Assembly: GCA_963836235.1 (NCBI GenBank) | Contig: CAWIIP010000002.1 | Location: 32,001 to 96,000 of the forward strand | Origin: an uncultured Pseudomonadota bacterium | Lineage (GTDB): Bacteria; Oederibacteriota; Muellerivitia; Muellerivitales; Muellerivitaceae | DNA length: 64,000 nt | Direction of reading: 5' to 3' | In this document: piece after piece, positions 45,460 to 54,527 of the stretch | How the letters are laid out: every line of letters starts with the position of its first letter | Numbering within the stretch: the first letter of the stretch is position 1 | Notes under the pieces: model-generated | Database searches by the model: none | Told to the model about the DNA's origin: nothing | The model's input: only the letters and a program-made list of their open reading frames with translations | Made by a program: the position numbers and the translations under genes

Positions 45460-47507
45460 AAAGCAAAGGAACGATCACCTCTTTTTTAGGTGCCAAAGGC
45501 GGCGTTGGTTGCTCTATTCTGACATCTCTCTTGGGTCGGATCATAGCCAAGAAAATTCCTAAAAAAATCGCCGTTATTGATGCGGCCCCTTCCCGCCATT
45601 CCCTGCTTCCATCCTACTTATCCATTCTATCTTCTAGTCATTGTTTAACCCAACTTCAACCCTACCAAGACCAAATTTCTCCAAACATGATTGAAAACTT
45701 TTTTTCCTTCTCTCCCGAAGGAGCGGCTTATGTTCCGATCAAATCAAACGATGAAATCCAGGTTTCTTTTTCCGATCTTTCTTTGCTGCTTCAAAAACTC
45801 GGTCAATGGTTTTCAGAAATTTTCATTGATCTCTCGTCTTTTCCAAACGACCAATATTTTTCTTTTCTCGAAAAAAGCGATAGGGTCTTCTTCATTTCCT
45901 CTCTAGAGCCAACTTCTCTCGCCGCTTTGAAACATTGGGAAAAACGTTTATTGCCTTTTCACTTTCAATTTCAAAGTCTTGGAATCATTTTCAACCAAGA
46001 AAATATCAGTCACTCAGTTCCAAAAGACATTTCCAATTGGGCAAAAAATTTTAGCCATACCGGGAATATTCCATTTTTGGGGGGAAATTTATCCATAGAT
46101 TTACTTGAAAACAAGGAATTAACAACCTTCTTGGAAAAAACCTTGTTTCCAATATCGGAAAAAATATTGGCCTCACAACAATTCATTCATGCGTTCAACC
46201 CTATTGGAACCAACCCCTCACTCAATGAAAACATTGAATCCGATTCCTGCCCTATCTCTTTAGAACAAATCCACCAACTCCATCAAAAATTACTGGATCA
46301 GTTAAGAAAATCTGGAGCCATGAAAAATCAAAAAAATGGTGAAATTTTACAACGACAGGCATTAGAACCCAACGCACGTGAAATTTTGGATCAGCTTATT
46401 CAGGAAATGGAAATTCAAAACAGAGAAACTCGCCAAAAACTTGTCACCGAAACTCTCAATCTCGCTTTTGGACTTGGCCCTTTGGAACCTCTCCTTCAGA
46501 ACGAGGAAGTTACCGAAATAATGGTCAATGGCCCCCAACAGATTTATATAGAAAAAAAAGGGATGTTAGAAAAAACAAATCTTCATTTCCTTGACGATCA
46601 ACAATTAAGAACCGTTATCGAAAGAATATTGGCGCCCATTGGCCGCCGAATCGATGAAAGCCAACCCTATGTCGATGGCCGTTTATTGGACGGTTCACGA
46701 ATAAACGCAATTATCCCGCCCTTAAGCTTAAACGGCCCAATTTTAACAATTCGTAAATTTTCAAAAAGAAAACTAAAAGTGGAGGATCTTGTAAATTTAG
46801 GTTCCCTGACCTCGGAAGCGGCGGATTTTCTCGGAGCATGTGTAAGAGCAAAAAAGAACATCGTCGTATCGGGCGGAACAGGATCCGGCAAGACTACCTT
46901 GCTAAACATACTTTCAAACTTCATTCCAGCCAATGAACGTATCGTCACCATCGAAGATTCAGCTGAATTACAGCTTTCACAAGATCACGTCGTCCGCTTG
47001 GAAAGTCGTCCCTCAAATCTGGAAGGAAAAGGACAGGTGGCTATTCGGGATTTGGTAATCAATGCCCTTCGAATGCGGCCCGACCGGATTGTGGTGGGCG
47101 AATGCCGCGGCGGCGAATCACTCGATATGCTTCAAGCCATGAATACCGGTCACGACGGATCATTAACTACGGCTCACGCCAATTCGCCAAGAGATGTTCT
47201 TTCACGCCTTGAAACAATGTGTCTTTTTACCGGCCTCGATCTTCCTTTAAAAGCCATTCGCGAGCAAATCGCAAGGGCTGTTCACCTTGTCGTTCAACAA
47301 AACCGCCTGCCCAACGGTAAAAGATCTGTGACTCAAATTTCACAAATTCAAGGTATGGAAGGAGATGTCATCATCACCCAGGATGTATTTAAATTTGAGG
47401 AAGGCAAAGGACTTATTCGCCTTCCTTTCACACCATTATTTATCGAAGATTTAAATTCAGTGGGATATCAATGGCCAGGGCATAAAGAAAAAAATCATAA
47501 TATTTAA
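45438..47507 (+). CDS. CpaE(TadZ)-CpaF(TadA) fusion, Flp pilus ATPase
   Basis: N-terminal GAKGGVGCS deviant Walker A (MinD/ParA-like); C-terminal [40 protein letters not shown]. Confidence 0.92.
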   Translation: MGMGSTLESKGTITSFLGAKGGVGCSILTSLLGRIIAKKIPKKIAVIDAAPSRHSLLPSYLSILSSSHCLTQLQPYQDQISPNMIENFFSFSPEGAAYVPIKSNDEIQVSFSDLSLLLQKLGQWFSEIFIDLSSFPNDQYFSFLEKSDRVFFISSLEPTSLAALKHWEKRLLPFHFQFQSLGIIFNQENISHSVPKDISNWAKNFSHTGNIPFLGGNLSIDLLENKELTTFLEKTLFPISEKILASQQFIHAFNPIGTNPSLNENIESDSCPISLEQIHQLHQKLLDQLRKSGAMKNQKNGEILQRQALEPNAREILDQLIQEMEIQNRETRQKLVTETLNLAFGLGPLEPLLQNEEVTEIMVNGPQQIYIEKKGMLEKTNLHFLDDQQLRTVIERILAPIGRRIDESQPYVDGRLLDGSRINAIIPPLSLNGPILTIRKFSKRKLKVEDLVNLGSLTSEAADFLGACVRAKKNIVVSGGTGSGKTTLLNILSNFIPANERIVTIEDSAELQLSQDHVVRLESRPSNLEGKGQVAIRDLVINALRMRPDRIVVGECRGGESLDMLQAMNTGHDGSLTTAHANSPRDVLSRLETMCLFTGLDLPLKAIREQIARAVHLVVQQNRLPNGKRSVTQISQIQGMEGDVIITQDVFKFEEGKGLIRLPFTPLFIEDLNSVGYQWPGHKEKNHNI

Positions 47508-47965
47508 TTTTTCGAGAGTACTTTCTTTTGCATATCTTTTTCTAAAGTCGTCAGCGGAGCGGGCTGGTAACTGCTGTCCCCCACGGGTGTGATTTGCGCC
47601 ACCTCATCTTTGTATTTTTGGAAATCAGGACGTAAAGTCCGAACATCCGCGTCCAAGGGGCCCTCAGGCGGTATCCAATCCCCTATATAAGCCCTGCAGA
47701 TAAATTCCTTTTCCGCCGCCCAATCCACCCAATGGGTATGGGGTAAATAATAGAACTCCTGGACTTCCTGGTAATCCCACATCGCTTCTTTATATTTCTT
47801 GTCGGCAAAATGGGCTTCGCCCCTCTCATAAGCCGCATGGGCACGCCGGACGACTTCCAAGTTCGCCATCCCATACATGATTAAAAGAGTGGCAAAGATT
47901 AAACCCGCGGTTTTAAACCCGTCTCGTTTAAAAAAGGGGCGTTTTTCATTTTCAGTAACGGTCAA
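47504..47965 (-). CDS. hypothetical membrane-anchored protein with a TPR-like helix pair
   Basis: GGAGG RBS, TTG start, one TM. Confidence 0.7.
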   Translation of the reverse strand: MTVTENEKRPFFKRDGFKTAGLIFATLLIMYGMANLEVVRRAHAAYERGEAHFADKKYKEAMWDYQEVQEFYYLPHTHWVDWAAEKEFICRAYIGDWIPPEGPLDADVRTLRPDFQKYKDEVAQITPVGDSSYQPAPLTTLEKDMQKKVLSKN

Positions 47966-47979
47966 GAGAAAACCTCCAT

Positions 47980-49026
47980 TTAAAATTGCTTTAGGAACCT
48001 TAGGTCGTTCTGATAAAAAAGGCGAACATCGTCGATATCATACTTGAACATAGCGATACGCTCCACACCCATTCCAAAGGCAAATCCGCTCCATTTTTCA
48101 GAATCGATACCGCAATTATTAAAAACCGCCGGGTCGATCATTCCACACCCCATCATTTCGACCCACCCCGATTGCTTACAGATTCGGCAGCCTTTCCCAT
48201 CGCAAAAAACACAGGAAATATCCATTTCAGCGCTCGGCTCAGTAAAGGGAAAAAAGCTCGGGCGAAAACGGGTTTTAATTTTGGACCCAAAAAGCTTTTT
48301 AATAAAGACATCCAGTATCCCTTTCAAATTCCCGAAATGAATCCCTTGATCGACAAGAAATCCCTCCACTTGGTGAAAAATATGATGGTGGGTCGCGTCA
48401 ATGGCCTCATTCCGGTAAACCCTTCCCGGGGCGATGACTTTATAGGGAGGTTTTAATTGCTCCATTACCCGAATTTGGATGGGAGAAGTGTGGGTTCGCA
48501 TCAAGATGTCCTTTTGCAAATAAAAGGTATCTTGGGCGTCCCTGGCCGGATGATCCGGAGGAAAATTCAGAGCCAGGAAATTATAATAATCCGTTTCCAC
48601 ATCCGGACCCTCAACCAGATCAAAACCAAAGCTCTTGAAAATATCGCAAATCTCTTTATGAACGGCAGTGATAGGATGGGACTTTCCAAGTGGAATTTTC
48701 CTGCCGGGTAAGGTGGGATCCCATTCCGGCGATACCGATGAAGTGTTTTGGCTTTCAAGTTCTTCCTTTTTCTTGTCGATTAAGGAAGTAAGGCTACTTT
48801 TAATTTCATTCCCTACTTTGCCAACTCCAGGACGAATATTAGGATTAAGCATGCTTAATTGTTTAAGATAATCGGTAATATCACCATTTTTCCCAAGGTA
48901 AAAAACACGAATTTCTTCCAGCACATTGATAGCTTTTGCTTCAGTGATCTTATTTTTGGCCTCTTGTTCAAGCACACGAAGGTCAAGAACGACGGGAATA
49001 TTTTCAATGGTTTCGTCGTTAATCAC
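47980..49026 (-). CDS. pheS: phenylalanine-tRNA ligase alpha subunit
   Basis: HPARDAQDTF, RTHTS, FPFTEPS, GFAFGMGVER. Confidence 0.97.
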   Translation of the reverse strand: MINDETIENIPVVLDLRVLEQEAKNKITEAKAINVLEEIRVFYLGKNGDITDYLKQLSMLNPNIRPGVGKVGNEIKSSLTSLIDKKKEELESQNTSSVSPEWDPTLPGRKIPLGKSHPITAVHKEICDIFKSFGFDLVEGPDVETDYYNFLALNFPPDHPARDAQDTFYLQKDILMRTHTSPIQIRVMEQLKPPYKVIAPGRVYRNEAIDATHHHIFHQVEGFLVDQGIHFGNLKGILDVFIKKLFGSKIKTRFRPSFFPFTEPSAEMDISCVFCDGKGCRICKQSGWVEMMGCGMIDPAVFNNCGIDSEKWSGFAFGMGVERIAMFKYDIDDVRLFYQNDLRFLKQF

Positions 49027-49076
49027 ACAAAACCTCTTTATTGAATAGATATACGGCGAACACGAATGAATATTAT

Positions 49077-49310
49077 TTAGTTTTCAAGAAAAAATTGCAC
49101 TAAGAAAAAATCAGGAAGGCAAATCCAACGGAACCAGCTTTTCAACAGCTTCAATCTTTTTAGAGTAGCGCAAATAATCCTTAACGGAGCCGGTTTTCTC
49201 AAAACGCTCCCACAAAAATTCCGGGTTTTCAGGGAAAGATGTTCGAGATTCGGTTTGGCTTTTTTCCATGATTTACACTGCTCTTTTTCAGGATTTTTGA
49301 AGTGTATCAC
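49077..49310 (-). CDS. possible small hypothetical protein
   Basis: 77 aa GTG ORF filling the trmH-pheS gap; no motif. Confidence 0.3.
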   Translation of the reverse strand: MIHFKNPEKEQCKSWKKAKPNLEHLSLKTRNFCGSVLRKPAPLRIICATLKRLKLLKSWFRWICLPDFFLVQFFLEN

Positions 49311-49325
49311 CGCCTTAATGGAGAG

Positions 49326-50144
49326 TCAAGAAACCGGGTGCTGAAAGCTAGACCAGAACAACGCAAGACTGGCTGCCACCGCCACATTGAGGGATTCTAC
49401 CTTTCCGCCCATGGGAATGCTCGTCCGTTCATCGCAAGATTCCGTCAATTCATCAGGCAAACCCAACCCTTCCGAGCCAACCCAAAATGCCAAGGGTGTC
49501 GGAAGTTTTACTTCCGGTAAGGTTCGATTTCCCCCTAGGGTCAAGGCGATGGAATGAATATTTTTTTCTTTGAACCAAGCTTGATAGGTTTCCCATTTTT
49601 CGTTTTGGACCAAAGGTACCCGAAACAAGGAACCCATAGAGGCTCTTACCACCTTCGGATTGAAGGGATCACAACAACCCTCGGTCAAAAACAATCCTTG
49701 TACGCCAAAAGCCTCGGCAGATCTAAAGATAGTTCCCATATTACCTGCGTCTTGAATTTGATAAAGTCCCAGGATACGGGTAAAGGGTGGTCCAGGCCAA
49801 ACCGGATCTATCTTTTGGGCAACCGCCAGGATTCCTTGTGGAGTGACTGTATCTGAAATATAGACAATAATTTTAGAAGGAACTTCAAAACATTTAATTT
49901 TTTCTCGATGGGCCGCCACATAAAGTCTTTCCCCTTCAGGGCATCTCCAGGCTTCAGCAGTTCCGAAAATAAAGCGAAGGCGCAGGCCGCTTTTGAGGGC
50001 TTCTTCCACTAAATGAAACCCCTCGCACAAAAAGTCATCACTCTGTTTTGATTTCTTGGGAATCTTTAGTGAATAAGCATGCTTCACCATTGAATTTTGA
50101 ACGCTTTGGATGGAAGGCAAGGAGGGCATTGACTTTTCCCACAA
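49326..50144 (-). CDS. TrmH/SpoU family RNA methyltransferase
   Basis: TPQGILA, QDAGNMGTIFRSA, RASMGS, GSEGLG, ESLNVAVA. Confidence 0.93.
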   Translation of the reverse strand: MWEKSMPSLPSIQSVQNSMVKHAYSLKIPKKSKQSDDFLCEGFHLVEEALKSGLRLRFIFGTAEAWRCPEGERLYVAAHREKIKCFEVPSKIIVYISDTVTPQGILAVAQKIDPVWPGPPFTRILGLYQIQDAGNMGTIFRSAEAFGVQGLFLTEGCCDPFNPKVVRASMGSLFRVPLVQNEKWETYQAWFKEKNIHSIALTLGGNRTLPEVKLPTPLAFWVGSEGLGLPDELTESCDERTSIPMGGKVESLNVAVAASLALFWSSFQHPVS

Positions 50145-50152
50145 TCATAAAA

Positions 50153-50189
50153 AAACACCCTTCAAGAATCGTAACATCGAAGGGTGTTT
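50153..50189 (-). terminator. intrinsic terminator after rplT
   Basis: AAACACCCTTC...GAAGGGTGTTT hairpin followed by a T-run on the minus strand. Confidence 0.7.
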
Positions 50190-50207
50190 GGTTTGAAAAA
50201 CCTAATT

Positions 50208-50567
50208 TTAAGAAACTTTCGCCTTTTTAGACTCTTCGACCAATTGAGTGAAAGCCTTGGGATCGCTCAGGGCCAGATCCGCCAATACTTTACGGTCCAA
50301 ATCAATCGAAGCCAACTTCAAGCCCCGAATAAAGGTGCTATAGGACATGCCATACTCACGGACGGCTGCGTTAATACGGGTGATCCAAAGCCGACGGAAC
50401 TCCCGCTTGCGAGCCTTGCGATCGCGGAAAGCGTAATTTCCAGATCTTTTGCTAGCTTCCCGAACCGTTCTGTATTGACGGCTCTTTGCCCCAAAATAAC
50501 CTTTGGTGAGTTTGAAAAACTTCTTCTTTCGTTTTCGTTTTGCGACAGCCCTTTTTATTCTTGCCAT
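50208..50567 (-). CDS. rplT: 50S ribosomal protein L20
   Basis: [27 protein letters not shown]. Confidence 0.98.
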   Translation of the reverse strand: MARIKRAVAKRKRKKKFFKLTKGYFGAKSRQYRTVREASKRSGNYAFRDRKARKREFRRLWITRINAAVREYGMSYSTFIRGLKLASIDLDRKVLADLALSDPKAFTQLVEESKKAKVS

Positions 50568-50579
50568 CTTTCTCTCCCC

Positions 50580-50780
50580 TTACAACCGAATCATTTTTTT
50601 AATCTTGACGGCCGCAGTATTGCTAAGAACCGGCTGCCGTTTTAATTGTCTCTTTTTTTTCGAAGACTTATGGGCCAGCAAATGACCCCTTCCTTGGTTT
50701 TTCTTGACCATCACTTTACCGGTTCCGGTGATTTTGAATCTTTTCATGATGCTCTTTTTAGACTTCGGACCTTTACCCAT
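50580..50780 (-). CDS. rpmI: 50S ribosomal protein L35
   Basis: KRFKITGTGKV, HLLAHKS; between infC and rplT. Confidence 0.95.
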   Translation of the reverse strand: MGKGPKSKKSIMKRFKITGTGKVMVKKNQGRGHLLAHKSSKKKRQLKRQPVLSNTAAVKIKKMIRL

Positions 50781-51345
50781 TTTTCTCTTCCGTTTCCGTT
50801 AAATCTTCTTTAACTAAGGCCTTATGTGGCACAATCTTGGAATTAAAAACAGCCACAATCTGCATTCCTTCATCCTTCGGTGGAGCTTCTAATTCGGCAA
50901 ATTCGCTCATATCGGAGACAATTCGGTCCATTAACTGCCGACCCAAATCCTTGTGACTCATTTCCCTTCCACGGAATTGCAAGGCAACTTTCACCTTATC
51001 CCCGTGGTCGCAAAAATTCCAAGCCATACGCAACTTCGTCTGATAATCGTGCTCATCAATCTTCGGGCGGATTTTGAGTTCTTTAACCTTTATAACTCTT
51101 TGTTTTTTTGAGGCTTCTTTCTCTTTTTTTCGCTGTGCGTATCTGAATTTTCCATAATTCAAGATACGACAAACAGGAGGAACGCCTTCGGGCGCAACTT
51201 CCACCAAATCAAGGTTTCTTGCGCGGGCAGTGGCAAGAGCATTACTGATATCGACAATTCCAAGCTGTTCACCCGCATCGCCCACTAGGCGAACCTGTCG
51301 GGCACGAATTTGATGATTGATCCTTAATTCTTTTGACGAAGAAAT
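50773..51345 (-). CDS. infC: translation initiation factor IF-3 (ATT start codon)
   Basis: The ORF-track frame extends 20 codons upstream (ISSSKELRINHQIRARQVRLV) to an ATT 8 nt after GGAGGT; LDLVEVAP, FRGRE. Confidence 0.95.
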   Translation of the reverse strand: MSSSKELRINHQIRARQVRLVGDAGEQLGIVDISNALATARARNLDLVEVAPEGVPPVCRILNYGKFRYAQRKKEKEASKKQRVIKVKELKIRPKIDEHDYQTKLRMAWNFCDHGDKVKVALQFRGREMSHKDLGRQLMDRIVSDMSEFAELEAPPKDEGMQIVAVFNSKIVPHKALVKEDLTETEEKNG

Positions 51346-51369
51346 GTGTAGTTACCTCCAAAAAGATTG

Positions 51370-51508
51370 ATAAAAAAAAAGACCGACTTCGCAAGGCGAA
51401 ATCCGTCTTAAAAATGAAAATATCCAAGACATCTATGAAGCTGGATACTATCAAAACCCGTTCGCGCCTAAAAGGGCTTAAGGTGAGGGACGGAGGCCCC
51501 TGCTTGAG
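51370..51508 (-). ncRNA. L20-leader-like cis-regulatory RNA with terminator
   Basis: AAGCAGGGGCCTCCGTCCCTCACCT resembles the L20 leader 5' core; AAGACGGATTTCGCCTTGCGAAGTCGGTCTTTTTTTT hairpin plus U-run before infC. Confidence 0.65.
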
Positions 51509-51514
51509 GGTGAG

Positions 51515-51543
51515 ATATTAGCCTTGTGGATTTTTTTTGTCAA
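51515..51543 (-). promoter_or_regulatory. sigma70 promoter of infC-rpmI-rplT
   Basis: TTGACA-17 nt-TAATAT. Confidence 0.75.
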
Positions 51544-51560
51544 AGGATTTTTAGCCAAAA

Positions 51561-53387
51561 TCACAGTGGCAATTCAATGTCTTCAAAATTATCCATGAAT
51601 CTTTGTTGTATTAATGCCAAAAGTGCGTTTTTTGCTTTTTCGGAAGTCACCTGGGTCTGTTTTTCGACTGCGTAACGGCGCCAAGTAACCGTTTGATCCT
51701 TCACTTCATTGGCGCCTACAATCCATATATTTGGAATTTTCTTCGTAATGGCGTTCCTAACCTTTTTAGAAAAAGAGTCATTAGTCAAATCCACCTCTGA
51801 CCGAACCATTGAGTCTCGCAACTCCAAGGCCAGTTTTTCGGCGTAAGGCAGAAAATCTTCTGCCACCGGCACAATTCGTACCTGAATTGGCGACAAAAAT
51901 GTCGGAAAAGCTCCGCCCCATAACTCAATCAAAAACGAAATAAACCTTTCGTGAGTACTAAGAGGAGATCTATGAATGATGAGTGGTTTTTGTTTAGAGC
52001 CGTCAGCGGCCGAATATTCCAAGTTGAACCTTTCAGGGTTTGAAAAATCCAATTGAACGGTTGAAATAGTTTCTTCCCTTCCCAGGACATTTTCAGTTTG
52101 GTAATCAATCTTGGGGCCATAAAAGGCCGCTTCCCCAATGGCCTCTTCGTATTCGACATTCAATTCCCGCAAAACTTCCCTTAAGGTATTTTCCGTTTTT
52201 GTCCAAAGCTCTTCGTTATCAACAAATTTTTCTTTGTCCTGATCATGAAGGGATAATCGGATCCAGATTTTATTCATCCTGAATTTTTCGTAGTAATTTT
52301 TGGTCAAAGCGACAACTTTTTTGATTTCTTGCTTGACTTGGGCCACCGTACAATAAATATGTGCGTCATTCTGAGTGAGCCCTCGAACCCGCAACAATCC
52401 CGCCAATTGTCCGGATTTTTCATAACGATATACGGTTCCATACTCGGCCAACCGTAATGGCAATTCGCGATAACTCCGCGGGCGGTTAAGGTAAATCATG
52501 TGATGATGGGGGCAATTCATCGGTTTCAAATAAAATTCTTCAGAAGGCGCCTCCGGATCCTTTTCAACGCTTCTCATGGGGGGGAACATGGATTCTTTAT
52601 AAAGAGGAAGATGTCCAGAAAGTTTGTAAAGTTCCCCGTTGGCGATGTGAGGTGTGGCCACGCGAACATATCCGTCCTTGAATTCCAAATCCTTAGCTAA
52701 ACTCTCCAGCTCATCCCGAATGATCGTACCATTGGGAAGCCAAAGCGGAAGGCCCTTCCCAACCTCCTCACTGAAAGTAAAAAGTTCCAGCTCTTGGCCC
52801 AACTTTCGATGGTCCCGTTTCAAGGCCAGTTCACGGTTTCTAATGAATTCTTTTAATTCGCTCTCACTGGGAAAAGCCAATCCATAAATGCGGGTCAGCA
52901 TAGGACGCTTCGAGTCGCCCCGCCAGTAACTTCCTGCGATGGAATCCAACTTGAATGACATGACAGGAATTTTAGAGGTGTCGAAAACATGGGGGCCCTC
53001 ACACATATCGACGAAAGGACCGCTGGTATAAAAACTGAGGGCGACATTTGTTTCCAGGAGTTCCTTTGCATATTCAGCTTTTAAGCCCTGCCCCATCGAC
53101 GCCAACTTTTCAAGAGCTTGATCCTTAGGTAAATCTTCTCTTTTGAATTCCTGCTTTTCCTGAATGATTTTGCGCATTCGCTTTTCTAAATCAGGAAGGT
53201 CATTTTCGGTTAGCGGTTCTTCCAAAAGCATGTCGTAATAAAAACCAGTACGGATCGGGGGGCCAAAACCCAATTGGGCTCTGGGACGAACCTGTAACAC
53301 AGCCTCGGCCAAGATGTGGGCAAGTGAATGTCGCATCTTGAGAAGTGATTCGTCCATTTTAAATTTAGGCTCGTGTTTTTCAGACAT
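51561..53387 (-). CDS. thrS: threonine-tRNA ligase
   Basis: RHSLAH, DMCEGPH, KPMNCPHH, RVRGLTQNDAH, GEAAFYGPK. Confidence 0.97.
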   Translation of the reverse strand: MSEKHEPKFKMDESLLKMRHSLAHILAEAVLQVRPRAQLGFGPPIRTGFYYDMLLEEPLTENDLPDLEKRMRKIIQEKQEFKREDLPKDQALEKLASMGQGLKAEYAKELLETNVALSFYTSGPFVDMCEGPHVFDTSKIPVMSFKLDSIAGSYWRGDSKRPMLTRIYGLAFPSESELKEFIRNRELALKRDHRKLGQELELFTFSEEVGKGLPLWLPNGTIIRDELESLAKDLEFKDGYVRVATPHIANGELYKLSGHLPLYKESMFPPMRSVEKDPEAPSEEFYLKPMNCPHHHMIYLNRPRSYRELPLRLAEYGTVYRYEKSGQLAGLLRVRGLTQNDAHIYCTVAQVKQEIKKVVALTKNYYEKFRMNKIWIRLSLHDQDKEKFVDNEELWTKTENTLREVLRELNVEYEEAIGEAAFYGPKIDYQTENVLGREETISTVQLDFSNPERFNLEYSAADGSKQKPLIIHRSPLSTHERFISFLIELWGGAFPTFLSPIQVRIVPVAEDFLPYAEKLALELRDSMVRSEVDLTNDSFSKKVRNAITKKIPNIWIVGANEVKDQTVTWRRYAVEKQTQVTSEKAKNALLALIQQRFMDNFEDIELPL

Positions 53388-53491
53388 GGATCCGCCTAGG
53401 TCAAAGAGAAAAGTTGAAGAACATTAAATACGGTCGTCGGATTTCGGGAAACATTCTTCGAACAAAACCTCAGATCAATTGAAGCGAAGAA

Positions 53492-53568
53492 TGGTGGGCG
53501 TAACTGGACTCGAACCAGTGACCCCTTCCATGTCAAGGAAGTACTCTAACCAGCTGAGCTATACGCCC
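53492..53568 (-). tRNA. tRNA-Val(GAC)
   Basis: GGGCGTATAGCTCAGCTGGTTAGAG...CTTCC-TTGACAT-GGAAG...GGTTCGAGTCC...TACGCCCACCA. Confidence 0.96.
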
Positions 53569-53665
53569 CCAATATCCCTACCATTACCCGTTTCAACTTT
53601 CAAAGAAACGAACCCTATCTTATAAAGCTTTCATCCATTCGTTTCAACATTTTTGAAAATTTTTA

Positions 53666-54337
53666 TTACATCAAGACATTTTTAATGGTGTCCGAGAAAT
53701 CCGAAAACTTATCGTTATAATCCTTCTCGCTCAGGCGAATGACTTCAAACGCTTCTTCCCTCCCATAGGTATGGGCAATTTCTGTTTTGCCTAAATTGAC
53801 CGACGGAAAATCTTTGTAGGTCAGGAAATAATGGCGAAGACGATCTATGAGGTTGTGAGGGCAATCGTTAATGTCCGCCATATTTCCATAAACTAGGTCA
53901 CTCCGCAGGACCGCAATGATCTTGTCATCCGCTTCCCCATTATCGATCATCCGTAGTCCGCCAATCGGCTTGGCTTCCACCATAATGTCACTTTTGAAAA
54001 TCGGCCTCTCAGACAAAATACAGATATCTAGCGGATCCATATCCCCGGTGATCTTGTCAAGCTTCATTTTCTTCGCAAAATATTCGGACACTTTTGGTCC
54101 ACAATAGGTCCGCGGGATAAAACCATAGAGCGACGGGCATTGGCTGGAAAAAGCTTGGGGTCGGTCCACTTTCAAAAAACCAGTTGTCTTATCCACTTCA
54201 TACTTGACCATATCCGTTGGGGTGATTTCAACATAAGCGTTAACCACTGTCGGTGCATTTTTTCCAATATCCATCCCATGCCAGGGATGATGGCGAAACA
54301 AAAACCGTGAATATTTGGAAAAAATGTCATCGGCCAT
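53666..54337 (-). CDS. ppa: family I inorganic pyrophosphatase
   Basis: HPWHG, KYEVDK, YGFIPRT, DMDPLDI, DNGEADDKIIAV. Confidence 0.95.
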   Translation of the reverse strand: MADDIFSKYSRFLFRHHPWHGMDIGKNAPTVVNAYVEITPTDMVKYEVDKTTGFLKVDRPQAFSSQCPSLYGFIPRTYCGPKVSEYFAKKMKLDKITGDMDPLDICILSERPIFKSDIMVEAKPIGGLRMIDNGEADDKIIAVLRSDLVYGNMADINDCPHNLIDRLRHYFLTYKDFPSVNLGKTEIAHTYGREEAFEVIRLSEKDYNDKFSDFSDTIKNVLM

Positions 54338-54527
54338 TTAAAACTCCAACCTAGGTTGATCAAAGCTATTCTGTGCTTCCAAAAGGATGGCACGATTCTA
54401 TCCAACTAGATCAGTCTGTCTACTTTTTATTTCGAAACATCAATCAAAGACTTCCGAATAATGCCCCCATCAGAAACGATCAAACTAGGCCCAGTTTACT
54501 TAAAAGTCTGCATGATAAGGTCCATAA

